Positions 1-13,075 of a stretch of 64,000 nucleotides of DNA are shown here, in pieces (position 1 is the stretch's first letter; every line of letters begins with the position of its first letter). The notes beneath the pieces are model-generated. The model was not told where the DNA came from, did no database searches, and worked only from the letters and a program-made list of their open reading frames with translations. The translations under genes and the position numbers were made by a program. Source of the DNA: an uncultured delta proteobacterium (GTDB taxonomy: Bacteria; Myxococcota_A; Polyangia; Haliangiales; Haliangiaceae); assembly GCA_963848295.1 (NCBI GenBank), contig CAWKDB010000002.1:1280001-1344000 (forward strand). Direction: 5' to 3'.

Positions 1-478
1 TGCCATGCGTGGCCAAGAAATCGCGGTCACGCGCGAGCGCTTCGAGATCTTTCGCGCTTGCGACCCGCGCGGCCTCGAGCAGGTCGAAGAACTCGAGCAT
101 GTTCTTACCCTCCGGCAGCGTGACCCGCGTCGTCTCTTCCTTGACGCCGGAGACCAGGATCTTCAAGACCGCCGCGGGCGTGAGGTCGTCCTTGATGACG
201 TACTTGCCGGTCTTGACGTTCGTCGTCTCGCCCTTCCACATCGCATAGAGGTGGAACCAGGTCGGGTGATCGATCACGCCCTTGTCGGCGAGCAGCTGCG
301 CGACCTGCACCGCGCTCATCCCGTTCTTGATCTCGATCTCGACGCCGCCGCCGCGGCCATCGTGGACGGCATCGGGGTATTGCAGCGCGCGGTGAATGAA
401 GTACCCCGCGATCGAGACGACGAGCACGACCGAGCCGATCACGACGGCTAAGGCGACTCGGAACGACCGTTGCGACAT
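1..478 (-). CDS. mltG: Endolytic transglycosylase MltG (5' part; runs off window start)
   Basis: Manual translation from ATG at 478: MSQRSFRVALAVVIGSVVLVVSIAGYF (TM) ... EIKNGMSAVQVAQLLADKGVI ... VKTGKY ... RVTLPEG. YceG-like, directly downstream of ruvX. Confidence 0.85.
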   Translation of the reverse strand, partial: MSQRSFRVALAVVIGSVVLVVSIAGYFIHRALQYPDAVHDGRGGGVEIEIKNGMSAVQVAQLLADKGVIDHPTWFHLYAMWKGETTNVKTGKYVIKDDLTPAAVLKILVSGVKEETTRVTLPEGKNMLEFFDLLEAARVASAKDLEALARDRDFLATHG

Positions 479-490
479 GGCGGGGCGACG

Positions 491-916
491 TTACTTGCTC
501 GGGCGGGGCGCGTCGAGCCACGCCTGAAGGATGAGCGCGGCGGCTTGTCGATCGATCACGGCCTTGCGCTTCTTGCGCGACACATCGGCCGCGACGAGCA
601 CGCGTTCGGCCTGGGCGGTAGTGAAACGCTCGTCGCAGTAGTGCAATTCCGCCCGACCGCCGAGCGCGTGGCCGAGCGCATCGCCCAAGACGCGAACTCG
701 CCGGGCGCGGTGACCTACCCGACCGGACAGCTCGTACGGCATCCCGACGACCACATCGGTGATGGTGTAGTCGGTCACGAGTGTCAAAATCGCCGACACG
801 TCACTGTCGGTTCCGCTGCGTTCGATGACGACGAGCGGATGTGCGGCGATGTTGGCCTCGTCGGTCACCGCCACACCGATCGTCGCTTGCCCGACATCGA
901 GACCCAGCGCGCGCAT
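491..916 (-). CDS. ruvX: YqgF/RuvX RNase H-fold nuclease
   Basis: Motifs MRALGLDVG..IGVAVTD, VVGMP, DERFTT, IDRQAAALILQAWLD. Confidence 0.92.
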   Translation of the reverse strand: MRALGLDVGQATIGVAVTDEANIAAHPLVVIERSGTDSDVSAILTLVTDYTITDVVVGMPYELSGRVGHRARRVRVLGDALGHALGGRAELHYCDERFTTAQAERVLVAADVSRKKRKAVIDRQAAALILQAWLDAPRPSK

Positions 917-956
917 CGCCACGAGCATAAGGTGCGGCCTCGGTTCGCGTCGGCGC

Positions 957-994
957 AAAAATAAAGGCCCTGCAAGGGGGGACCTGCAGGGCCT
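957..994 (-). terminator. Intrinsic terminator
   Basis: 10-bp perfect stem AGGCCCTGCA/TGCAGGGCCT (965-994) followed on the minus strand by TTATTTTT. Confidence 0.85.
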
Positions 995-1186
995 GGGCGC
1001 TGATCGCGGTAGCTACTTGTTGCCTCAGGTGGTGGGGGAGACCAATGGGATGAGGGGGAGGGAACCACGGGTCATCCACCGAGTCGAAACTTTGGCTATC
1101 GCGTCGCGCGTCGTGAACCTTTGATTGTCAAACCGAGTCGGCCGTCTTCCCATTCCTTAGAGGAGGGTTAGCGTCGCCCGGTTGCT
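957..1186 (-). ncRNA. Candidate sRNA with three C-rich (UCCCCC) hairpin loops; 5' end uncertain
   Basis: Intergenic, no credible ORF. Hairpins GGATGA/TCATCC, TGGT/ACCA and the terminator stem each enclose TCCCCC. Upstream sigma54-like motif. Confidence 0.6.
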
Positions 1187-1196
1187 TGTTTTCATA

Positions 1197-1212
1197 AGCA
1201 CGCGCCAGGCCA
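1197..1212 (-). promoter_or_regulatory. Putative sigma54 -24/-12 promoter
   Basis: TGGCCTG-GCGC-GTGCT with GG-N10-GC spacing. Confidence 0.45.
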
Positions 1213-1388
1213 GTTGCGGTCGAGATCATGCCGACGCAGAAACGCACCCTTACGGACCGAAGAACGTCTGGCGGCTCACCACGTGTGCACCGATGGCAGC
1301 AGCGGCTGTCACCCGTGGGTATCAGCATGGCCAGTCGGGTTGCCACCTGGGTAAATCCGATTCGGCTGAATCAGGTACTCTGCCCGCC

Positions 1389-1679
1389 ATGTCAGACGAT
1401 CCCGGCCCGTCGCCAAAGCTTCAGCTCCAGATCGACGAGGACATCGCCCAGGGCGTCTACGCGAACCTCGTCATCATCAATCACGCCGAGAACGAGTTCG
1501 TGCTGGACTTTTGCTTCGTTCAGCCGACCAACGGGCGCGCGAAGGTCCGCGCGCGCGTGATCTCATCGCCGCGCCACACGAAGCGGCTGCTCAACGCGCT
1601 GCAGAAGAACGTCGAACGTTACGAAGAGCGCTTCGGCTTGATCGAGCTCGGGCCCGACGAAGAGCCGGTGATGCACTAG
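1389..1679 (+). CDS. DUF3467 family protein
   Basis: GVYANLVIINHAENEFVLDF ... KVRARVISSPRHTKRLLNALQKNV. Confidence 0.85.
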   Translation: MSDDPGPSPKLQLQIDEDIAQGVYANLVIINHAENEFVLDFCFVQPTNGRAKVRARVISSPRHTKRLLNALQKNVERYEERFGLIELGPDEEPVMH

Positions 1680-1682
1680 CCG

Positions 1683-2621
1683 TTAGGCGACGGCCCCATC
1701 GAGAACCTCGAGCACGCCCGCATCGAGATCGAGCACGGCGCGTGCACCGAACGCGATCGGCTCGTTGCGATCGCCATGACCGACCGGAGCGCCGGTCGCC
1801 GAGCGCACCCCCGCGGCGGCGATCCGCTCCACCATCGTCGCGAGCGCCGCGCCTTCCGGATCGGGCACGCCGGTCGGCGGGTTTGGATCGACGCAGCGCG
1901 CGAGGTCGCCGACGATCAGCGCGGCCGTGGCTGCGAGCGCGCCGGTCTGGGCGAGCTGCGTGACGTAGCGATCGAGCTCGTACGGACGCTCGCCGACATC
2001 TTCGACGATCGCGATCGCGCCGGCGAGCGGCAACGCCCATCGCGTCCCGACGAGCATCGCAGTCATCGTGAGATTTGCCGCGATCAAATGACCGCGCACC
2101 GTGCCCACACCGTGCGATGCGAGCCGCCACGGCCGAACCCCGGCGGGCGTCGGATCGGTGAGCATCCCGATCAGCCGCGACGTCTCGCCGGCATCGAGAT
2201 CGGGCAGCTGCGCGATCACCGGGCCGTGGATGCCGCGCACGCCCGCCGCGTAGGCCCACGCGAGCAGCGCGGTGCCGTCGGAGAAGCCGACGATCGGCTT
2301 CGGGTCGCGTGCGAGTAGCGCGGGATCGAGCAGCGGCAGGATCCGCGTGAGCCCGTAGCCGCCGCGCGCGAGCACGATCGCGCGGATATCCGGATCGCGC
2401 AGCATCTGGGTGAGCTCGTCGGCCCGGACCTCGTCGCTCGCCGCGAGGTAGCTCGGCACGCCGTCGGGATGCGGCGCGGTCACGCTCGGTGCGATCCGCA
2501 GCTCGAACGCATCGCCGAAGCGCTCGAGCCCCCGGCGCAACCGCTCCGGCTTGACCGGGCCGGCCGGCGCGACGATCCCGATCGTCTGACCGCGTTCGAC
2601 GCGCGGTGGAATCGCGGTCAT
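1683..2621 (-). CDS. ldcA: LD-carboxypeptidase (peptidase S66)
   Basis: RGGYG, GFSD (catalytic Ser), EDVGE and GHG motifs. Confidence 0.9.
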   Translation of the reverse strand: MTAIPPRVERGQTIGIVAPAGPVKPERLRRGLERFGDAFELRIAPSVTAPHPDGVPSYLAASDEVRADELTQMLRDPDIRAIVLARGGYGLTRILPLLDPALLARDPKPIVGFSDGTALLAWAYAAGVRGIHGPVIAQLPDLDAGETSRLIGMLTDPTPAGVRPWRLASHGVGTVRGHLIAANLTMTAMLVGTRWALPLAGAIAIVEDVGERPYELDRYVTQLAQTGALAATAALIVGDLARCVDPNPPTGVPDPEGAALATMVERIAAAGVRSATGAPVGHGDRNEPIAFGARAVLDLDAGVLEVLDGAVA

Positions 2622-2624
2622 CGC

Positions 2625-3395
2625 TCAGCGCTTCTTGCGACGCCGTCGCGCGCCTGCACCTTTATGCTCGGGTTTCTTGTCATCGTCCCCGCCCTCGCTA
2701 TCGTTGGGCTCGCTGCCTTCATCGTCGCCGGCGACGACCGGAATCTGGCCGGTCGTCGGCTCGAGGCCGAGCGCGCGCAGATCGACCGCGTCCATCGCGA
2801 TCGTCTTCTTGCCTTCGTCGTCTTGCACCGCGGGCAGGATCGCCGGCATCGGCATCGTCGTCCGCATCTGGATCGCCGCAGCGGGCGTCGTGTCGCGGTG
2901 GATCCGCCCGCGCAACGCGACCTCGGCCTCGGCCTCGGCCGCCGCCTCGGCGAGGATCGCGGCCGGCACCTCGTCCGCCGTGGTCGGCGCGTCCATCACG
3001 CTCGTGTTGCGGCCGTCGTCCATCAGCTCGGTGACGGTCGCGTCGTCTTTGCGCTTGGGATGAACCAGCTCGCGCTTCTTGATCTGCGGAGGGGCCGGCG
3101 GCTCGAGCTCGGGCAGCGTGATTCGAGCCTTCCACCACTTCTTCGCCGCGTCGTTGTCGAGCGCCGGCTTGACCAGCATGCCGGGCACGCGGTCCGAGCC
3201 GCCGACCTGCTCGAAGATCGCTTCGACCTTCGCCTCGAGCACGACGCCGTCATCCGCGGTGATCGCGATCGCGGTCCCGACCGGCATCGGCGTCGGGAGC
3301 TCGATATACCCCGTCGATGGCCGAACCTGCGCGAGCTTGACGCGCTTGCCGAGCGGCAGCCCGCGATACTCGAGATCCACGAACGCGTCGTTCAT
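2625..3395 (-). CDS. Hypothetical protein (small N-terminal beta domain, acidic low-complexity tail)
   Basis: Coding-like ORF from MNDAFVDLEY; TGnTACGAT box 6 nt upstream. Confidence 0.65.
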   Translation of the reverse strand: MNDAFVDLEYRGLPLGKRVKLAQVRPSTGYIELPTPMPVGTAIAITADDGVVLEAKVEAIFEQVGGSDRVPGMLVKPALDNDAAKKWWKARITLPELEPPAPPQIKKRELVHPKRKDDATVTELMDDGRNTSVMDAPTTADEVPAAILAEAAAEAEAEVALRGRIHRDTTPAAAIQMRTTMPMPAILPAVQDDEGKKTIAMDAVDLRALGLEPTTGQIPVVAGDDEGSEPNDSEGGDDDKKPEHKGAGARRRRKKR

Positions 3396-3431
3396 GACGA
3401 CATCGTAACATCGACGTGGGATGCTGCGCCG

Positions 3432-4283
3432 GTGGGGCTCATCGATCGGATTCGCCAGCTGCGCGGCGCGCCCGGCGACGGCGACGACGACCTCGACGCC
3501 CGGGTCCAGGCGCTGGTCGTCCACGGCAACGAGTTCGGCTTCGATCCGTTCGGCTTGTCGCGCGACTCGATCAAGAATGCGCTGATCGTCGCGCGCTGGT
3601 TTTATCGCCATTACTTTCGCGCGACCGCGTTCGGCATCGACAACTTGCCGGCCGCCGGGCGCGTGCTGCTCGTGTCGAACCATTCCGGCCAGCTCCCGTT
3701 CGATGCGCTCGTCATCGGCTCGGCGTGCTTTCTCGAGCCGGCGCAGCCGCGGTTGCCGCGCGCGATGGTCGAGTACTTCGTCCCGAGCGTCCCGTTCGCG
3801 TCGTACCTGTTCTCGCGCTGGGGCCAGATCACCGGCACACCGGAGAACTGCCGGCGCCTGCTCGCCGCCGAGGAGGCGGTGCTCGTGTTTCCGGAAGGTG
3901 CGCGCGGGATCTCGAAGCCGTTCTCGAGGCGCTACCAGCTCGCCGAGTTCGGCACCGGATTCATGCGGCTCGCGCTCGAGACCGGCACGCCGATCGTGCC
4001 GATCGCGGTGATCGGCGCTGAAGAGCAGGCGCCGTCGATCAACGTCAAGCCTCTCGCGAAGCTGTTCCGATCACCCTCATTTCCGGTCGTGCCTTACCCG
4101 CCGTTCATCGCCGCGGTCCCGCTGCCGGTGAAGTACCGGTTGTACTTCGGCGAACCGATGATGTTCACGGGCGACCCCGACGACGACGACGACGTGCTCG
4201 TCGACAAGGTCAAGACCGTGCGGAAGCGGATCGACGCGATGATCCAAAACGGCCTGCGCGAGCGCGAGCATGTCTTCTGGTGA
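3432..4283 (+). CDS. Lysophospholipid/glycerol acyltransferase (PlsC family)
   Basis: NHSGQLPFD (HX4-5D) and FPEG motifs. Confidence 0.88.
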   Translation: MGLIDRIRQLRGAPGDGDDDLDARVQALVVHGNEFGFDPFGLSRDSIKNALIVARWFYRHYFRATAFGIDNLPAAGRVLLVSNHSGQLPFDALVIGSACFLEPAQPRLPRAMVEYFVPSVPFASYLFSRWGQITGTPENCRRLLAAEEAVLVFPEGARGISKPFSRRYQLAEFGTGFMRLALETGTPIVPIAVIGAEEQAPSINVKPLAKLFRSPSFPVVPYPPFIAAVPLPVKYRLYFGEPMMFTGDPDDDDDVLVDKVKTVRKRIDAMIQNGLREREHVFW

Positions 4284-5217
4284 GCCCCGCGCGCGCAAGG
4301 TCGTGATCACCGGCATCTCGGGCCGGCTCGGTCGGATCGTCGCGCGCCGGCTCCACCACGATCTCGGCTGGGACATCGTCGGCCTCGATCGCCGCGCGAT
4401 GCCGGGCCGGCCCAAAGATATCGAGCATCACCAGGTCGATCTGCGCAGCAAGAAGGCGCGCGATATCTTCCGCGCCGGCGATGTCGACGCGTTGATCCAC
4501 CTCGGAGTGATGCACGACCCGCGCGCCCGCGCCGCCGAGCTCTACTCGTGGAACATCGCCGGAACGACGAAGCTGCTCGAGTACTGCCAGGCGTATCGCG
4601 TGCCGAAGGTCGTGCTGCTGTCATCGGCCAACGTCTACGGTCCGCGGCCGGACAACCCGCAGTTCCTCACCGAAGATGCGCCTCTGCTCGCTTCGCAGCG
4701 GTTCCCGCAGATGCGCGACCTCGTCGAGATCGATCACCTCGTATCGACGTTCTTGTGGCGCGCGCAGCAGACCGAGACGGTCATCCTCAGGCCGGTCCAC
4801 ATCGTCGGACCGGTCCACAACGCGCCGTCCAACTTCTTGCGCATCCCTCGCCCGCCGATCCTGCTGGGCTTCGATCCGATGGTGCAACTGATCCATGTAG
4901 ACGACGTCGCCGAGGCGATCGTGCTCGCGCTCGCACCCGGACACCGCGGCATCTATAATATCGTCGGGCCCGGCGAGCTGCCGATGTCCGCCGTGTTGCG
5001 CGAGCTGCGCCGCGATCCGATCGCGATCCCGCATCCGCTCGCGCGCTCGGTGCTGTCCGCCGCGTTCAAGCTCGGGCTATCGAGCTTCCCGGTCGCCGAG
5101 CTCGACTTCATTCGCTACGTCTGCATGGTCGACGGCCGCCGCGCATTCGCCGAGCTCGGGTTTCGAGCGAAGCATGATCTCCGCGAAACGATCCATGCGG
5201 TCGATGAACCGGCCTGA
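4270..5217 (+). CDS. NAD-dependent epimerase/dehydratase
   Basis: ITGISGRLG Rossmann motif, SSANVYG, QLIHVDDVA; overlaps the acyltransferase. Confidence 0.85.
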   Translation: MSSGEPRARKVVITGISGRLGRIVARRLHHDLGWDIVGLDRRAMPGRPKDIEHHQVDLRSKKARDIFRAGDVDALIHLGVMHDPRARAAELYSWNIAGTTKLLEYCQAYRVPKVVLLSSANVYGPRPDNPQFLTEDAPLLASQRFPQMRDLVEIDHLVSTFLWRAQQTETVILRPVHIVGPVHNAPSNFLRIPRPPILLGFDPMVQLIHVDDVAEAIVLALAPGHRGIYNIVGPGELPMSAVLRELRRDPIAIPHPLARSVLSAAFKLGLSSFPVAELDFIRYVCMVDGRRAFAELGFRAKHDLRETIHAVDEPA

Positions 5218-5596
5218 TCCGATCGGATTTCGGCGTGACACGCCAGCGCAACGGGTGCGTCACACTCGCTCGCTCCGGACTCACGAGCCGGCGACTAGGG
5301 CCTCCGATATTCGGTCCCTGCTCGCTATTTTCTGATCGTCAGGTGCTCCGTCTGCCGCAGTTTTTCGGTCCTCCGCGCCACACCCACCGTGAACCTCTGG
5401 ATACACCCCGGGGCAGCGTGCGATCTCCCACTTGTCGCCACCCGGGGAAACCGTGCCGAGCCCTGCCGAGTCAGATGGTGGCCGCCGTTGGTTTTTCGGG
5501 CATTTTTGTCAGAGTCTGGGCACCGGTTCCCATCGCACACCCGCGAAGTGTCAAAACGTTAATGCGTTCTCAACCAGTTCGATCCCTTTTTCGTGG

Positions 5597-5612
5597 TGGC
5601 ATGATGACTGCT
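5597..5612 (+). promoter_or_regulatory. Sigma54 promoter of Cys-rich lipoprotein
   Basis: TGGCATG-ATGA-CTGCT; long upstream intergenic region; AAGGA RBS before ATG 5656. Confidence 0.65.
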
Positions 5613-5655
5613 ACCAAAGGGCTTCACCGCAGGCCCTCACAAGGAACGACCCGCC

Positions 5656-6543
5656 ATGAATAAGCTGCTCAAGACCCTCAGTCTCTTCGTCGCCGTCGCG
5701 GCGGTCAGCGCGCTGGCTGGTTGCGATTTGTACTTCGGCAACAGCGATAGCAGCGACAACTGGACCTACTGCGGCAGTGACGGCTTCTACCAGTGTACAG
5801 GCGACAACTGTACGTGGGTCAGCCCGACGTGCCCGGAGGGAAGCGGCTCGGGTAGCGGTACCGATGGCGGGACCGGTTACGGCTGCAGCTCGAACACCGA
5901 TTGCTCGGCCGGCTGCTATTGCAGCAACGGCACGTGCACCGAGGGCGGGTTCTGCACCGGCAACTCGGACTGCGGCCCGGGCTTCTTCTGCGATACCAGC
6001 CGCTCGTCGTGCGAGCCGGGTTGCACCCAGGACTCGGACTGCTCGCAAGGCCAGGTCTGCGATACCAGCACCTCGACGTGCACGATGACGTGCGCGTGCA
6101 CCACCGACGCGGACGCGGTTAGCCAAGGCTACACCTACTGCGACGAAACCCGGATGACCTGCGAGAACGGCACCGACCCGAACGGCAGCTGCGCCGGCAC
6201 CATCACGTGCAGCACCGCGGCTCCGACCTGCCCGAGCGGCCAAGTCCCGACGATCAGCGACGGCTGCTACACCGGCAACTGCGAAGCGATCGCGGCGTGC
6301 GCGACCGAGCCGACCTGCAGCGCGATCAACGACGCGACCGACTGCGAAGCGCGCCAGGACTGCTCGGAAGTCGACACCGGCATCGATTGCACCAAGCCGG
6401 ATGGCTCGGCTTGCCACGCCGGTGACACGAACTGCACCTGTGCGAGCTACGAGTTCAACTCGTGCGCCTCCAAGTCGATCGATGCCCAGCGCGTGCTGAT
6501 CAACTCGCAGGGCGAGACGGTCCCGCTGAACAGCAACCGCTAA
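5656..6543 (+). CDS. Cysteine-rich lipoprotein
   Basis: Lipobox LAGC; about 36 Cys with repeated C-x4-DC units. Confidence 0.85.
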   Translation: MNKLLKTLSLFVAVAAVSALAGCDLYFGNSDSSDNWTYCGSDGFYQCTGDNCTWVSPTCPEGSGSGSGTDGGTGYGCSSNTDCSAGCYCSNGTCTEGGFCTGNSDCGPGFFCDTSRSSCEPGCTQDSDCSQGQVCDTSTSTCTMTCACTTDADAVSQGYTYCDETRMTCENGTDPNGSCAGTITCSTAAPTCPSGQVPTISDGCYTGNCEAIAACATEPTCSAINDATDCEARQDCSEVDTGIDCTKPDGSACHAGDTNCTCASYEFNSCASKSIDAQRVLINSQGETVPLNSNR

Positions 6544-6570
6544 AGCCCCGAGGGCAGGACTGGTGCGATG

Positions 6571-6602
6571 CGAAGGGGCCCACGAGGCCCCTTCGGTCGT
6601 TT
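6571..6602 (+). terminator. Putative intrinsic terminator
   Basis: CGAAGGGGCC-CACGA-GGCCCCTTCG followed by GTCGTTT. Confidence 0.65.
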
Positions 6603-6643
6603 CGGGATGTCGCCGGCTCGCCCCCCGCGCTACGCTGCAAGCG

Positions 6644-7081
6644 ATGGGCTTCCAGTTCGCAGAGACGATGGCCGGGACGATCGAATGGGCGAACGACCCG
6701 GGGACGCGCCGTCCGTTCCACTTCGACATCACCGCCCATGCCGACTCCACCCGCGAGCACCTCGCGACCGGTCGAGCGACGGTTCACGGCGTCATCCACG
6801 CGCCGCCACTCGCGGAATCGGCCGACGCCGAAGGCGTGCTCACGATCCGGCCGCTCGGCCAGCGCATCATCCGCTACGAGCTGTGGTTCTACGGCGACGA
6901 CGGTCACCGCTACGAAGTTCGCGGCCAGAAGGACATCCGGTGGACCAGCCCGTTCGCGACGTTCAGCCGTCTACCGCTCGAGGTCACCGATGAGTCCAAC
7001 CAGCGGGTCGCCACGTGCCTCACGCGCTTCGATCTGCGCCGCGATTGGTGGTCGTTCCTGAGGAGTTTCCGTCCCGCCTGA
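6644..7081 (+). CDS. Hypothetical protein
   Basis: MGFQFAETMAG...; coding-like; TACGCT box 7 nt upstream. Confidence 0.7.
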   Translation: MGFQFAETMAGTIEWANDPGTRRPFHFDITAHADSTREHLATGRATVHGVIHAPPLAESADAEGVLTIRPLGQRIIRYELWFYGDDGHRYEVRGQKDIRWTSPFATFSRLPLEVTDESNQRVATCLTRFDLRRDWWSFLRSFRPA

Positions 7082-7151
7082 CCGCTCGGTCAGGTGGCGC
7101 AGTTGTCCAGCCGCTCCCACCGTTTAGTGGTAAGAAGCCTGCCGGTCAGCC

Positions 7152-10297
<3,146 letters not shown>

Positions 10298-10380
10298 TCG
10301 CCGGCGCACTGCGTCACGACGCGAACGCACGCGCGCCGCGTTGAAATTCACCGAATCCGGGCGGATGCTGCGCAGCACCT

Positions 10381-11489
10381 ATGCGCATCGGCGTCCCCAA
10401 AGAGATCAAGACTCAAGAATATCGCGTCGGCATGACCCCGGCCGGCGTCGCCATCCTCACGCAGCGTGGCCACACCGTGTTCGTCGAGAAGAACGCGGGC
10501 GTCGGCTCCGCGATCCCCGACGACCAGTACGTCAAGGCGGGCGCGAAGATCCTCAACACCGCCGACGAGGTCTGGGGTCAGGCGGACATGGTCGTGAAAG
10601 TCAAAGAGCCGATCGCGCCCGAGTTCGCGCGGATGCGCAAGGATCTGCTGCTGTTCACGTACCTCCACCTCGCGGCGGCGCACGAGCTCGGCAAGGAGCT
10701 GCTCAGCCGCGGGCGTCAACGGCGTCGCGTACGAGACGCTCGAGCCGGAGCCCGGCGATCTGCCGCTGCTGACGCCGATGAGCGCGGTCGCCGGTCGGAT
10801 GTCGGTGCAAGCCGGGCGCGACGTACCTCGAGCGCGAGCGCGGCGGCAAGGGCGTGCTGCTCGGCGGCGTGCCCGGAGTCAAGCGCGGTCGCGTCACGAT
10901 CATCGGCGGCGGCGTGGTCGGCGCGAACGCCTGCAAGATGGCGGTCGGCCTCGGCGCGAACGTCACCGTGCTCGACGTCAACTTGAAGATCCTCGCGTAC
11001 CTCGACGACATCTACGCCGGCCGGATCTCGACCCAGTACTCCGATCCGCTGAGCATCGAGAAGGCCGTGCTCGAGAGCGACCTCGTGATCGGCGCGGTGC
11101 TGATCGCCGGTGCGCGCGCGCCGCGCCTCGTCACCGCGAAGATGGTCAAGGAGATGGAAGCCGGCTCGGTGATCGTCGACGTTTCGATCGATCAGGGTGG
11201 CTGCATCGAGACCGCACGGCCGACCACCCATGACAATCCGACCTACGTCGTCGACGACGTCATCCACTACGGCGTCGCGAACATGCCGGGCGCGGTGCCG
11301 CGAACCTCGACCTACGCGCTGACCAACGCGACGATTCGCTACGTCGCGAAGCTCGCCGACCTCGGCCTCGAGAAGGCGGTCGCCGATACGCCGTACATCG
11401 TCAGCGGCATCAACACGTACAAAGGCACGGTGCCGCACCGCGCGGTCGCCGAGGCCCTCGGCGTGGCACACACGCCGTTCAAGGCGTAG
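10381..11489 (+). CDS. ald: Alanine dehydrogenase (apparent +G indels at ~10712 and ~10815)
   Basis: [59 protein letters not shown]. Confidence 0.95.
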
Positions 11490-11537
11490 TCGCCGCTACT
11501 CGAGTGATTCCAACAAGTTGCAATTCGGCTGATTTCG

Positions 11538-11565
11538 GGAACAATTAGCGTCTGGGGCCCGGTAA
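11538..11565 (+). promoter_or_regulatory. Possible ECF autoregulatory promoter
   Basis: GGAAC-N18-GGTAA immediately before the ECF sigma ATG. Confidence 0.35.
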
Positions 11566-11575
11566 ACAAGAACGA

Positions 11576-12224
11576 ATGCAGCCGGTTCGCGAGAAACGCG
11601 TCGAATTCGAGCGCGAGGCACTCGCCCACACCGACGCGCTGTACGGCGCGGCGTACCGGTTGACCCGCAACCCGCGCGACGCCGAGGATCTGGTCCAGGA
11701 CTCGCTGCTCCGCGCGTATCGGTTCTGGGACTCGTTCCAGCGCGATTCGAACTGCAAGGCGTGGCTGCTGCGGATCGTGACCAACACGTTCATCAACGAG
11801 TATCAGCGGCGCAAGCGCAGCCGCGAGGTGCTCGATGCCGCGACCGCCGAGCAGGACGCTACCGATGGCGTGCTCGTCCACGCCGACGCGAACGACAAGC
11901 AATCGCCGGAGAGCGCACTGCTGCGCAGCAGCGTGTCCGACGACGTCCAGCGCGCTCTCGATGGCCTACCCGACGACTTCCGCACCGCGGTCATCCTGTG
12001 CGACATGCAGGGCCTGTCGTACAAGGAGATCGCCGACATCATGACGTGCCCGGTCGGCACGGTGATGAGCCGGCTGTTCCGCGGTCGCAAGCTGCTCGCT
12101 GCGGCGCTGCGCGACTTCGCGGTCCAGGAGGGCTACGCCAAGCCGGATACCGAGCGCCAAGCGAACAAGACAATCGATCTCGAGAAGTACCGCGCCGCCC
12201 GCGCGCAGGGAAGGTTCGCGATGA
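11576..12224 (+). CDS. ECF sigma factor (SigH/SigR-like)
   Basis: [49 protein letters not shown]. End inferred from an ATGA overlap if one G at ~12209 is an error. Confidence 0.88.
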
Positions 12225-12998
12225 CCGTCTGCGAAAGCATCGACACGCTCTCGATGGCCTACCTCGACGACGAGCTCGCCGGGGAAGAACGCCACGAGCT
12301 CGAGACTCACCTGACGGAGTGTGGGTCGTGTCGCGCGCATCTCGACGGCGAACGCGCCGAAGCCGAGATCGATCGCGCGCGCCCTCGCCGCTCCCCCGGC
12401 GCCGGACCTGCTGCGCCTCAAGCTGTCGCGGGCGTTCGACGCGGCGGATCGCGCCGAGGAGCAAGCGAGCCGCCAGCGGATCACCCGGTGGATCTTGCCG
12501 GCCGGCTCGATCGCCGCTGCCGCTGCCGCGCTGATCGTGTTCGCGGCGGTCAAGCCAGCCAGTGAGGACGTCGGTGCGGTCACGCGCGATGCCGTCCGCG
12601 TCCAGGCTCGTGCGCTGCCACTCGAGGTCCAGGGAGCGAGCACCGGCACGTGGTTGCGCCAGAACTTCGCGCCGTCGATCGAGGCGCCGCTGTTCGCCGA
12701 TCCGAGTATCCGACTCGTCGGCAGCCGGCTCGCCGAGCTCGAGGGTCACGATGCCGCCATGGTCCGCTACGAGACCGACGACCAGCTCGCGTTGACCGTG
12801 TTCATCGTCCGCGGCGTCAGTCGCGATGATCTCGGCGGCGACGACGTCACGGTTGGTAGTCGGACCCTCCACGTGGGCGAGCTGGATGGCAAGCTGGTCG
12901 TGGTGTACGTCGACGATAACCACGTCGGTTATACGTTCAGCGCGCCGGGGATGTCCGAAGGCGAGCTGTTGCGCCTGGCCGCGTCGGCGCGCCTGTAG
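12221..12998 (+). CDS. Zinc-finger (HxxxCxxC) transmembrane anti-sigma factor; indel at ~12370
   Basis: YLDDEL...HLTECGSC, then a TM segment and periplasmic domain in the next frame. Confidence 0.82.
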
Positions 12999-13075
12999 GC
13001 ACGCATCTATAGGCGCGTTTTGCCGGCGGGTTGTGGGCCCGCGGCGCGAGATGCGGCTATGATCGCCGCAGGGGA

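Noticed and set aside
957..1186. 6S RNA, SRP RNA or tRNA identity for the candidate RNA
   Set aside because: No long rod with central bubble, SRP loop motif or cloverleaf is apparent by eye.
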